A stretch of DNA of 58,988 nucleotides from Candidatus Altiarchaeota archaeon. Lineage in GTDB: Archaea; Altiarchaeota; Altiarchaeia; IMC4; SCGC-AAA252-I15. The position numbers and the translations under genes were made by a program. Position 1 is the first letter of the stretch. Each line of letters opens with the position of its first letter. Below the pieces are notes generated by a model. It saw only the letters and a program-made list of their open reading frames with translations. It ran no database searches and had not been told where the DNA came from. Shown piece after piece: positions 27,836 through 37,244 of the stretch. The stretch lies in assembly GCA_043804895.1 (NCBI GenBank), contig JAZDIN010000011.1, forward strand, positions 1 through 58,988, given 5' to 3'.

Positions 27836-28657
27836 ATGAACATGGGGTTGACTTTGACTTTGGGTTTCATGATCCTCCTAGCAGTCGTACTAGCGGTCCT
27901 GGTTGGTGGCATAATATACATGGACTCCGGGGGGGCGGAGGTTGTGGCACCGACTCAGACGACTGATACCACAACGTCCACTACTCCTACAACCACTACC
28001 ACCACGACCGAGACGACAGACACGACAGCCACATCAACATTGTCAACTACGTCAACTACGTTGGAGTTGAAGACACTCTCGGTATCCTACTCCCCGAATA
28101 AGCTTTACAAGACTGATGATGTGAACTTGGACATAAAGTCCGGTGGAATACCGGTGCATGGCGCAACAGTATTCCTCAACGGCAGGGTAGTCGACCAGAC
28201 TGGTGAATTCTCCTACACTATCCTTTCCCTAGAGGGGGGCTCAAACGAGGTAGTCGCCTCACACGATGGATACTACAATTCAACCCTTACCATAGATGTG
28301 GAAAAAACCACATACGCCGCCTCCCAGGTAGTCCGCAGGGAACTCACTGCCGCCGAGAGGCAGAGGGCCATCTCAGACGGTAAGGCTGACCTGCGCGTCT
28401 ACGACAGCCCAGGCTGCGCCATATGCGCGATTGTCATCCCCGCGATAAACAAGCTAGTGGACAGGAACCGCGACTGCATAGTCTATGAGAGACTGCATGC
28501 ATTCGACCACACCAGCGAGCTGAAGGCATTCAAAGGCGACTACTTCCCCTACATAATAGCTGAAGGCTCACTCGGCACATTCCATGCCAGCGGCCAGGTT
28601 TCCATGAGCCAAGTCAAGGACATGATAGAAAGGGCTTCGGGGTGTAGTGTGGAATGA
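27836..28657 (+). CDS. membrane-anchored Thr-rich thioredoxin-fold protein
   Basis: TM, Thr stalk, PEGA-like segment, PGCAIC CxxC, YFP cis-Pro position; start reassigned to 27836. Confidence 0.75.
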   Translation: MNMGLTLTLGFMILLAVVLAVLVGGIIYMDSGGAEVVAPTQTTDTTTSTTPTTTTTTTETTDTTATSTLSTTSTTLELKTLSVSYSPNKLYKTDDVNLDIKSGGIPVHGATVFLNGRVVDQTGEFSYTILSLEGGSNEVVASHDGYYNSTLTIDVEKTTYAASQVVRRELTAAERQRAISDGKADLRVYDSPGCAICAIVIPAINKLVDRNRDCIVYERLHAFDHTSELKAFKGDYFPYIIAEGSLGTFHASGQVSMSQVKDMIERASGCSVE

Positions 28658-29325
28658 ATCCTGAACTCCTAGTATCGACGGTACTGGCCGGCCTATTCGC
28701 AGCATTCAGCCCATGCAGCATCCCAGCCTACCCCGTGCTCCTGAACATACTTGCTGCTGAAGGGCGCGACAGGAGGCAGGCTGCGATCGCATTCTCGGTG
28801 GGGGTCGCATCGACGTTCACCGTCTTCTACGTGGCGGTGGGGTTCGCTCTGAAGTGGCTTGGCGATGCTTTCAGCGAAACGCTCAACACAGTCTACGTTG
28901 TGCTCTACCTTGCGGCCGCAGTATTATGCTTCTTATTCGCGCTACAATCGCTTGGAAAAATCACCTTCTTCACCCGCACGTTCGGCCTACACACTACTCC
29001 GAGGGGCGGGGTATTCGGTTCTTTCCTCACTGGCGCCCTGTTCGCGACTATCGTGAGCCCATGTAACCTCGGGTTCCTCCTGATTGGGGTGCTTCCAGTG
29101 CTCCTGTCGAAGGCAACCGTGCTTGAAGGACTCCTGCTCATGCTCCTATTCAGCGTAAGCCTCAGCCTACCCATGCTAACACTCGGCCTACTATCATCCC
29201 ACGCAATGGACAAGTGGTTAAGGGGGTACGTCGGGTTGATAGAGAAGACCTCGGCGGGATTCCTTATACTGGCTGGACTATACTTCATCTACATTGGTTT
29301 TGTCACCTATTTATCCTCTGGATGA
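28654..29325 (+). CDS. ccdA: CcdA/DsbD transmembrane electron-transfer domain protein
   Basis: Two SPC motifs, six TM helices, follows the thioredoxin gene with ATGA overlap. Confidence 0.85.
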   Translation: MNPELLVSTVLAGLFAAFSPCSIPAYPVLLNILAAEGRDRRQAAIAFSVGVASTFTVFYVAVGFALKWLGDAFSETLNTVYVVLYLAAAVLCFLFALQSLGKITFFTRTFGLHTTPRGGVFGSFLTGALFATIVSPCNLGFLLIGVLPVLLSKATVLEGLLLMLLFSVSLSLPMLTLGLLSSHAMDKWLRGYVGLIEKTSAGFLILAGLYFIYIGFVTYLSSG

Positions 29326-29337
29326 ACAATATTTATT
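29308..29337 (+). promoter_or_regulatory. promoter TATTTAT...TGAACAAT overlapping the ccdA 3' end
   Basis: Matches 1970-1999 (minus) and 32677-32705. Confidence 0.6.
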
Positions 29338-31329
29338 GTGGTAATCTCAGAGAAAGAGCGGGGGCCTGAAAAACAGGCTCAGGAGCCGGAGATTGGCAGA
29401 ATACATGATTTTGGCGACTTCAGCCTCGCCTTACTTCAAGCCAAAAAGTATCCAAACTATATTCCATATACTCCGCAGTTATCTGGTGTTGGCAATATCC
29501 TACGCCGATATCGACTTCATAAGAAAGGAGATGGCACAACTACAATGCCACAAACCGCTACTATCGCAATAGGCTTTGAAACATTGTCAGAAAAAGAACG
29601 ACTACAACTGGGTGTTTTATCCGACTCTGCTGGTCTATACTTCACAGGCCAAGAAAAAGACCGGATGGCGGATAGGATTAAAAACCAGTTGTCTTACCTC
29701 GGATCATATTCCCAAGAAGATATCGCAGATTTCCAGGAGGCAATGAAAGAAATCAAGGGCATATTCCTTATGAATAGAAGCCGTATGACATGGAGCGCAA
29801 GACATATACTAGCGCATGGGAGACTTTATAGCAAATATGACGGCAGGGGGGGTGAGCTGAGAGAGCGTTGGGGTAAGATGAGGGAGGATGACCGCGCTAG
29901 GATAGAATCATGGTACCGTGGATACTGGGGTGTGAGAGGTGAAGTTGACCATGCGGAAGTGTTAAAGGAGTATCTCATTGAGGAGGAGATAGCCGGAACA
30001 ACCCCTCCAAGTGTGCTACTCACCCCTATACAGTCGCCTTTAGGCTCAAGAACCCCGCAACGGATTACAGGTCCTGTCTTTCGTCTGGGTCAGGCCTATA
30101 CTTCCTTAGAGATTGTGAAAGAGAAGCTCAGTGGGTTGAAGCATTGGGAGGCGACTGACAAGGAGAAGGAGAAACTCCTCCAAAATGGTTATCTAATAAC
30201 GGACAGTGAAGGTAACAGTCGAGTTCATGTTTCGGAGTCAGGTTTAAACGAATCTAACCTAAGCTACGTGTCATCAGTGACTGGGATGAGCGTTGTGAGA
30301 CTGCAGCAGCTAATAGAGAGGGAGCAGTCCAAGGATTATCTGGCAGACAGCAGTAAGGACTTTAGTCCATTCCACCTGTCTTCTGCGCGCTATACTACAC
30401 TAGGTGACATTGTGGCTGACAAAACTAATCATCTTAGGTTGATTGGGCAGTTCAAAGACGCTATTGTCGATGAAAACAAGCAAAAGATGGTCGAGTCAGT
30501 TAATGGGCTAATTGCAAACGGCTATCGTGAGTTCCCCGGGGGTGTAAGGCTAACATACGACGGAGCAAATGTAACTAACGTGAAAGTTTCGAAAGGGGAT
30601 ATCAATATCATGTCCCAATATTTTGAAGATGAAATGGGTGAACTCTCCAAGGACCTGGATTTGTTCAAGGGGCTTAATCCGGACTTAGACCCTGGGATGC
30701 TGATTTTCATCCGCTCTAGCTCTTTAGATGATGATCGACTCAGGGCTAGGGATGAGTACAATCGGGTTGGCACTCAACCCTCTGCAGGTGTATATATACA
30801 GGCACATAACTTCATGGAACGGAGCCATTTAAGTGACACAGGGTTGATAGCAATACGTCCTCCATGGACTACCCATGATCTTCTGTCTACCCGTGAACAC
30901 GAGTACAAACATTTCATCCATGCATCCTATGTACCTGAGTTTTCCTCTTTCATAACAGAGATAAACTCCTTCATGGTCGATGTGAAAGCAGGCGAGCTAA
31001 CATGGGAAGAGGTAAAGGCAACTCTGACCGAGAATGAAAGAGGTTACCTCGGGGCTGTAACGAGTGACATCAGAAAAAAATTAAACGACCCGGCAAATCA
31101 GGAGAATAGACCCGAATATGAGCGTTTGGAAAAAGAATGCGAAACTGCAGCAGGCCAATTAAGAAGGTCAGTGGATGTCGTGGCCCGTATGCAGAAGAAC
31201 GGCCTACCTGACGACACAATAACTGCGATTCTGATGTACGCCAGGAAATACGATGACATCCTGTCCTGGGAGAGTGTTCCTGACGAGGACCTTCAGAGAT
31301 TCGCACACGGGATAGGTAAATCTGGGTAA
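29338..31329 (+). CDS. large hypothetical protein, putative zinc metallopeptidase (paralog of 32706-34664)
   Basis: EHEYKH plus downstream TEINS; extensive similarity to the paralog. Confidence 0.75.
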   Translation: MVISEKERGPEKQAQEPEIGRIHDFGDFSLALLQAKKYPNYIPYTPQLSGVGNILRRYRLHKKGDGTTTMPQTATIAIGFETLSEKERLQLGVLSDSAGLYFTGQEKDRMADRIKNQLSYLGSYSQEDIADFQEAMKEIKGIFLMNRSRMTWSARHILAHGRLYSKYDGRGGELRERWGKMREDDRARIESWYRGYWGVRGEVDHAEVLKEYLIEEEIAGTTPPSVLLTPIQSPLGSRTPQRITGPVFRLGQAYTSLEIVKEKLSGLKHWEATDKEKEKLLQNGYLITDSEGNSRVHVSESGLNESNLSYVSSVTGMSVVRLQQLIEREQSKDYLADSSKDFSPFHLSSARYTTLGDIVADKTNHLRLIGQFKDAIVDENKQKMVESVNGLIANGYREFPGGVRLTYDGANVTNVKVSKGDINIMSQYFEDEMGELSKDLDLFKGLNPDLDPGMLIFIRSSSLDDDRLRARDEYNRVGTQPSAGVYIQAHNFMERSHLSDTGLIAIRPPWTTHDLLSTREHEYKHFIHASYVPEFSSFITEINSFMVDVKAGELTWEEVKATLTENERGYLGAVTSDIRKKLNDPANQENRPEYERLEKECETAAGQLRRSVDVVARMQKNGLPDDTITAILMYARKYDDILSWESVPDEDLQRFAHGIGKSG

Positions 31330-31366
31330 AACCTCTCCTCTTCAGATGGTGTCAAAGATGTACTCC

Positions 31367-32641
31367 TCAGCTGAAGAGCAGCCATATTATTGTGCTCCCC
31401 ACCAGTGTGGAGACGAGCGCGAATGGGAGGCCGATTTTAATGAAGTCTATGGATTTGGAATCGTAGCCGTGCTCTTTTAGGGTGCCTAGGGCGACGACGT
31501 TGGCTGAGGCCCCGAATGGGGTGATGTTCCCCCCGACGCTGCCTGACAGGAGTAGGCCGAAGAAGAGCGCGTGTGGGTTCACGTTCACCTGCCATGCTAT
31601 CATCTCCGCAACTGGCGTCATCACTGCAAGGTATGGTATGTTGAGGACGAATGCGCTAACTGCTAATGAGACTACGTTTATGATGACATAGGCTCTTAAG
31701 GGGCTGTTCCCAGAGCTTTTCACAATATGCCTCGCAGCATCTTCCACTATCCCTGACGATGAGAGGCAGCCGATTAGCATGAAAATCCCCACGAGGAAGA
31801 CTGCTGTATGCCAGTCCATGCTGTGCACGAATTCCCTCACGTTGTTCCCCCTCCTGTGGTGCAGGTACCAGATGAGATTCAACGCCCCGAAGAATAGGCA
31901 GATTAAACCCTCAGGATATGGCACCCCCCAGGAGAATGAGGAGCTTGCAGCCAACGAGCCTATCATCAGCACAACAAACACTGTCGGAATTATCGAGACA
32001 AATCCCTCCGGCTTAATCTCTGGCATCTTATGGTCGTATCTCCTGAAGTAGAGGTAAAGTAAAGGGATTGCGGCCAAGGCCGCAGCTTGGACTGCGAAGA
32101 ACATGCTAGGCTTCCCGCCAAAGAAGATGAAGTCGTTGAACGTGTACCCCTCGAAGCTGCCGAGTAGCATGCTAGGCGGGTCGCCTATCAGAGTGGAGGC
32201 GCCCTCCAAGTTAGCCATGAGCGCTATTCCGATGAACAGCGGCACTGGACTGACCTCCACCTTCTTCGCGATGAGGAGGGCTACCGGCGCAAGGAGCAAT
32301 ACTACTGCTATATTCATTATGAACATGGAGAGGACTCCAGCGAAGACGCATATCACGAGCATAGCCATCCCCACAGTCTTAGTCTTAGATGCCAGGTGCG
32401 TTGCTATGTAATCCGGCATCTTAGAATAGATTAGCGTTTCGCCTGTTACTAGCATGCCAAGGTACAGTAACAGGACGTTCCAGTCGACTGAGTAGAATGC
32501 GTCCCTTACCGTGAGGCACCCGGTTAGAAACAGTATCGCCACTGCGGCCCACACAATCTTCGTCTTCCTGCTGTCGAAGAATATCGTCAAACCCAACACT
32601 GCAAGGAAGACGAATACTACGATAAACTTCTCGGACAACAT
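31367..32641 (-). CDS. ArsB/NhaD/CitMHS (IT superfamily) permease
   Basis: VDWNVLLL, TLIGDPP, GGNITPFGASANVV; start reassigned to MLSEKF at 32641. Confidence 0.85.
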   Translation of the reverse strand: MLSEKFIVVFVFLAVLGLTIFFDSRKTKIVWAAVAILFLTGCLTVRDAFYSVDWNVLLLYLGMLVTGETLIYSKMPDYIATHLASKTKTVGMAMLVICVFAGVLSMFIMNIAVVLLLAPVALLIAKKVEVSPVPLFIGIALMANLEGASTLIGDPPSMLLGSFEGYTFNDFIFFGGKPSMFFAVQAAALAAIPLLYLYFRRYDHKMPEIKPEGFVSIIPTVFVVLMIGSLAASSSFSWGVPYPEGLICLFFGALNLIWYLHHRRGNNVREFVHSMDWHTAVFLVGIFMLIGCLSSSGIVEDAARHIVKSSGNSPLRAYVIINVVSLAVSAFVLNIPYLAVMTPVAEMIAWQVNVNPHALFFGLLLSGSVGGNITPFGASANVVALGTLKEHGYDSKSIDFIKIGLPFALVSTLVGSTIIWLLFS

Positions 32642-32705
32642 GTTGTTCTGAATATTAGACAAACTTGGTAATAATCTATATATCCGCAAATGAACAATAT
32701 TTAAT

Positions 32706-34664
32706 ATGGCAATCTCCCAGAAATCCAAGAACGTCAACAAACCTAATGAAAGCCCGGAAGTCGGAGGACTACACGATTTCGGCGACTTCAGCCCCGGATT
32801 ACACGCAGACAAAAAATCAGAGGAATACGACCTTGAATCCGTCTCCGGTGCTGGCTTACTGCTGCGCATTCACCGCCAAAGCAAGGTAAGGGGCAGCAAA
32901 GTCGAGATGCCTGAGAGCAAGACCCTCGCAATCGATTTCGGAATCCTAGGTGTAGAGGACAAGGCCGGCTTACACCTAACTGGTAAGGGAAAGGATTCTA
33001 CAATACCCAAGCTAACCTGCCATATGCTGCGCACAAAACAACTCTCCAAAAAAGAGGCTGCGGAGTTCGAGGAAGCCATGCGCAAGGTCAGGGTGCTGAA
33101 CCTGATAAACAAGGCCCGCGAGACCTGGAGCGCAAGGCACATAATAAAACACGAGGAACTTGAGGCGAAATACGACCGAAAAAAGGGCGAACTCAGTGGG
33201 ATGTGGCGTGGCATGGGGAAGGAAGACCGCGATAGGATAGAATTGTGGTACTACAACCACTGGGGCGTGAAAGGGGAGGTTGACGACACTGAAATCCTGA
33301 AACAGTACTTGGTCGAGGAGGAGCTGGCAGGCACAACCCCAGCCAGCGTATTGATACCTCTGCCATTCCCAGTGCCGGGACCAGGATTCCTCACGCAAAG
33401 GCAGACAGAGGCTCGCACGATTGCGAACAGAATCGGTGAGGCATATGGTGCCGCAAGGATAGTAAAGGATAATCTCAAAGGCCTACATCATCTGGAGACT
33501 ACTGAGGCGGAAAAGGAGCAATTGGGCAAGTACGGATACACGTTCAAGGATTACTCTGGCAACGCCCTAATCGACATATCTGAGTCCGGTTTGAATGATC
33601 TCAACCTAAACCACGCATCCTCGCTGACCGGCATAAGTAAGGAAAGGTTGAATGCGCTTATTGAACGGCAGGAGGCTAAGGAGTACTTGGCAAACAATGC
33701 CGTATCCTTCGACCCATTCTACCTAACCTCGGCAAAGTACGTGACCTTAGACGACCTAATAACCGAAAAAATTCAGCAGATCAAGATATTCGAGGGACTC
33801 AGAGGCAGCATCAACGATAGCGACAGGATGGCTGAACTGTTGAACCGGCTGGAGTCGGAGCATAGACTGCAACCGGTGATACGTGGGATGAGATGTTATC
33901 GCAGCAAAGGAGTGATAACAAAAGTTAGCGTGTCCGACAGACCTAAAGTGTCCGATTTTTTTGGCAGAATAGTCGATAATACGCGGCAGGAGTTGGGGAT
34001 ACTCAAAAGGGTGAATCCCACATTTGACCCTGGCACTCTATTATTCGACGTTCGTATGGGGATGGGCGTGGAAAGGACCAATGAAGAGTATGAAACTAAT
34101 ACACGTGCCACTGGGGGCGCAGTCTATATGTCTCCAGCAGCCTTCGGGGGTGAGCTATCGAAAATCGGATTAATCTGCTCTACAAGTCGCATGCTCCTAG
34201 AATCCGGTGTCATCGCGCACGAGTACAAGCATCTTGCCAGCCAATTGAAAAGCGTCCCTCGAGAGAAACTTGACGAGTTTGTAATCTCAGAAATCTCCGC
34301 TCAAATGATTCAGGTAGCGTCTGGCAAGAAAACATGGGATGACGTCAAAAGAGAACTTACTGATGATAAAGATACCTACCTTGGCAACGTAGTGTCTGAT
34401 GTCATAAAAATACTGGAGTCATCAAAAGGAAATTCGGACCACACACTACTCATCTCACAAATACGGGAGGATTACGAAAGAACCAAGGTCAAAGTCCATA
34501 AATCAGTTGACGTCGTCGCCCGTATGCAGAAGAACGGCCTCCCCGATGATACGATAACTGCGATTCTACTGTACTCCAAAGACTATGATGACATACTCTC
34601 CTGGGAGAAGGTGTCAGACGAGGACTTGCAGAAGTTCGCGCGCGGGATGGGTAAACGCGCGTGA
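32706..34664 (+). CDS. large hypothetical protein, putative zinc metallopeptidase (paralog of 29338-31329)
   Basis: AHEYKH plus downstream SEISA; shared HDFGDFS, TWSARHI and RMQKNGLPDDTITAIL blocks. Confidence 0.75.
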   Translation: MAISQKSKNVNKPNESPEVGGLHDFGDFSPGLHADKKSEEYDLESVSGAGLLLRIHRQSKVRGSKVEMPESKTLAIDFGILGVEDKAGLHLTGKGKDSTIPKLTCHMLRTKQLSKKEAAEFEEAMRKVRVLNLINKARETWSARHIIKHEELEAKYDRKKGELSGMWRGMGKEDRDRIELWYYNHWGVKGEVDDTEILKQYLVEEELAGTTPASVLIPLPFPVPGPGFLTQRQTEARTIANRIGEAYGAARIVKDNLKGLHHLETTEAEKEQLGKYGYTFKDYSGNALIDISESGLNDLNLNHASSLTGISKERLNALIERQEAKEYLANNAVSFDPFYLTSAKYVTLDDLITEKIQQIKIFEGLRGSINDSDRMAELLNRLESEHRLQPVIRGMRCYRSKGVITKVSVSDRPKVSDFFGRIVDNTRQELGILKRVNPTFDPGTLLFDVRMGMGVERTNEEYETNTRATGGAVYMSPAAFGGELSKIGLICSTSRMLLESGVIAHEYKHLASQLKSVPREKLDEFVISEISAQMIQVASGKKTWDDVKRELTDDKDTYLGNVVSDVIKILESSKGNSDHTLLISQIREDYERTKVKVHKSVDVVARMQKNGLPDDTITAILLYSKDYDDILSWEKVSDEDLQKFARGMGKRA

Positions 34665-34701
34665 TATCCTATTTTTTAGCCTCACAGTAAATACCTAACT
34701 G

Positions 34702-36030
34702 ATGGAAGTAGATTTCGCCAACTCTCAGGCTCCATTGGATGCTGTCTGCGGCCGTCTCTCAGTGGAACTGGGGAGAATCCACAATCAACTCAGTAGAGGA
34801 TACCTATTCGAAAGCGACAAGAACTTGCCTGAGGATAAGAGGCAGGTGGTGGACGGCTACGTAACAGAAGACGGCACCCCCACATTCCAATCCTACAAAG
34901 CAGACATTAAGGCCGTCGTCAAATCCGCGGAGTACATCCGCAAAGCATACGGCCGTCCGAGCAACGTCGTCGTCATCGGCAACGGCGGCTCCATCACCGG
35001 AGCTGAGTCGTTCTATAATGCGTTGATAGAATACTCTAAACCCGGGACATACGCCGGCAGGGATTCGAGACTGTACGTAGTCGACAGTCAGGAGCCGGGG
35101 CCGATAGCGAGAATCAGAAGGGAATGTCCACTCGACGATACAGTAGTCCTTCCAATCAGCAAATCCGGGAATACGCAAAGCCTTGACGACGTGCTTGACG
35201 TCTTCATCAAATGGAAGTATAACCTCGCAGCTGTGACCACGAAAGGCGGCAAGGTTGGCAGACTCTACGGCCGAGTCAAGGAAGTCCTCTCCAAGCGTGG
35301 TTTGGACGCTGAGAAGCTGATAGTCGACCATCCTCCGATAGGCGGCAGATACACCGGACGGACTCCGGTCTCGACACTGCCGCTGGCCTTGCTTGGTATG
35401 AGCGAGAAACACCTGAAGGGATTGGACGACGGTGCGAAGAAGATGTACTCCCAGGTGAATCCGAAAGTCCAGTTCGACAGTAACCCTGCGTTGAAGCTCG
35501 CTGCTGCACTCCATTACCTTGAGTTGGAGAAAGGCTGCGCTGAGATATTCGCTCCCATGTACAGCCACGCCCTCGAAGGCTTCGCCCACCTGACGACTCA
35601 ACTACTCCACGAGAGCTCATGCAAACTCGGCCGCGGCCAGACGATACTCACGTCAGTCGGCCCCGAATGCCAGCACCACACTACTCAGAGGTTCTTCGGC
35701 GGCAGAAGAGACATGGCCGCAGTATTCTTCACAGTCGACCAGGACGATTCAGGCCTGAAGACCTCAACCGGAGTCCCGCTCGAGAAGGCCCTCCAGTTCG
35801 AGTATGAGGGCACCCGCGACGACGCGACGAAACAGGGAATACCTACCTTCACAGTAAAGATTGACGAGCTGACTCCAAAAGAAACCGGAGGCCTCCTCGC
35901 CTTCCTCCAATACGCATTCGGCGTCTACCCCTCACTCCTTCGGGACGTGAACCCCTTCGACCAACCTCAAGTCGAAAACAGCAAACACATCAGCCGAGAA
36001 CTAAGGGAAAAATACCTAAAAAGAAAGTAG
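34702..36030 (+). CDS. pgi: glucose-6-phosphate isomerase
   Basis: GNGGS, SKSGNT, IGGRY, ESSCK, NPFDQPQVENSK. Confidence 0.88.
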   Translation: MEVDFANSQAPLDAVCGRLSVELGRIHNQLSRGYLFESDKNLPEDKRQVVDGYVTEDGTPTFQSYKADIKAVVKSAEYIRKAYGRPSNVVVIGNGGSITGAESFYNALIEYSKPGTYAGRDSRLYVVDSQEPGPIARIRRECPLDDTVVLPISKSGNTQSLDDVLDVFIKWKYNLAAVTTKGGKVGRLYGRVKEVLSKRGLDAEKLIVDHPPIGGRYTGRTPVSTLPLALLGMSEKHLKGLDDGAKKMYSQVNPKVQFDSNPALKLAAALHYLELEKGCAEIFAPMYSHALEGFAHLTTQLLHESSCKLGRGQTILTSVGPECQHHTTQRFFGGRRDMAAVFFTVDQDDSGLKTSTGVPLEKALQFEYEGTRDDATKQGIPTFTVKIDELTPKETGGLLAFLQYAFGVYPSLLRDVNPFDQPQVENSKHISRELREKYLKRK

Positions 36031-36190
36031 TGCCTAACTGTGGGTTTGCACATAAATTATAAGAAGTAGTAGATAACAACCCAACTAGAGGATTAAGCGA
36101 ACTTTTTTGCTTAATATTTGTTAAGTGAAATTGTGGACTTCAGTCACAATTAAATCATATGTAATCAAATAACAAAAAGAGGTTAAGAGT

Positions 36191-36982
36191 ATGAGAAAGA
36201 TCACAAAATTTGGAATTGGAATAATAGTGGTTGTGGTCGTGGTTGCTGGCTTATGGATGTACCATACTCATGGACTTTATGAGAACACGTATAGCAGCGA
36301 ATATGGCTATCGTGTTACAATAGGAACCGATTCAGTTCTGCACAACATCACACTATACTTACCCTTACCTGTATTGGGGGAAAAATCGGAAGTAGGTGGT
36401 GAAATCAATGCCGGAAACGCCCTAAAATCCGATGGGTGGGATTGCAGCATTGTAGAAACAGAATATGGAAAGATGCTTAAAATCAGTGCAAAGAAGATGG
36501 TACCCGAGTTTTATTCTTTTCCCATGCTCCTAGAACCTGGAGAAAAGCCCAAGGAACAAATATCGGGGAAAATCTCAGACACATCTTCAAAGGAAACACC
36601 GGTGTTAATGCCTAAGGAGCTTTCAGTAAGGGTGCGTGCAGATCATGACATAAACACGAAAAATCCAATTGGAAATGAGCCCCTACTGTCTCCGAAATAC
36701 AACTTAACTCGCTCTACTTATGAACTCCCATATCTGAAAGGACGGACTCCACCAAACTACTATGAATACGAGAGTCGTATTTATGCAGATTATGCGACAT
36801 CTGCCAATGCTAACGTTTCAATTTATATTGAAACCGAGGGAAGGAACAGCTGGTGGGTTTATGGATGGTCTGGCAATAATTATCGTGATCGGATAGAACT
36901 AACCTTCACTGGAGAACAGCATGGGTGGTATGTTGCATCAGGAAAACTTGTTGAGGGTGAGGGTCGCTATGGTTGGATGTAA
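36191..36982 (+). CDS. cassette-encoded membrane-anchored/secreted hypothetical protein
   Basis: N-terminal TM, SD AAGAGGT, AT-rich codon use unlike neighbours. Confidence 0.8.
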   Translation: MRKITKFGIGIIVVVVVVAGLWMYHTHGLYENTYSSEYGYRVTIGTDSVLHNITLYLPLPVLGEKSEVGGEINAGNALKSDGWDCSIVETEYGKMLKISAKKMVPEFYSFPMLLEPGEKPKEQISGKISDTSSKETPVLMPKELSVRVRADHDINTKNPIGNEPLLSPKYNLTRSTYELPYLKGRTPPNYYEYESRIYADYATSANANVSIYIETEGRNSWWVYGWSGNNYRDRIELTFTGEQHGWYVASGKLVEGEGRYGWM

Positions 36983-37065
36983 TCGGATTTGTAATGTGGT
37001 TGTGTTTAATGGGGGCTCTACCTCCACGACTCTCGCCAACTTCGTTGGCTAGGTGCTATCGCACT

Positions 37066-37148
37066 CACTTAACGGCAGACATACGGCTACGCTGCGCTCA
37101 AATGCTCGGCTTCGCCTCGCACTTCACATGTCTACAGCCGTTTAAGTG
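37066..37148 (+). repeat. attC-like recombination site
   Basis: RYYYAAC (ACTTAAC) ... GTTTAAGTG; stems AACGGC/GCCGTT and AGACAT/ATGTCT with a 3-nt bulge; internal GGC-TTC-GCC hairpin. Confidence 0.7.
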
Positions 37149-37244
37149 AATCTTAGATTTAATGTTCAAACTCACCTAACTGTGGGTTGCGCTTAATGGG
37201 CTTATCCACTATATTTATATATCCAAATATAGCTATATACTGTC

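Larger units (their letters stand above)
36033..37188 (+). mobile_element. integron-like remnant (attI-like site, one cassette, attC; no intI) bounded by 14-bp direct repeats
   Basis: CCTAACTGTGGGTT at 36033-36046 and 37175-37188; GTTAAGTG at 36120 complementary to CACTTAAC at 37066; AT-rich interior. Confidence 0.7.

Noticed and set aside
26570-28070. ACN-rich repetitive tracts suggesting tandem repeats or CRISPR
   Set aside because: They encode Thr/Ser stalks in frame; no constant repeat-spacer periodicity or cas genes seen anywhere in the window
32642-32869. Ser/Pro-rich N-terminal extension of the permease
   Set aside because: Overlaps the opposite-strand 32706 gene and its promoter; hydrophobic sequence begins at 32641
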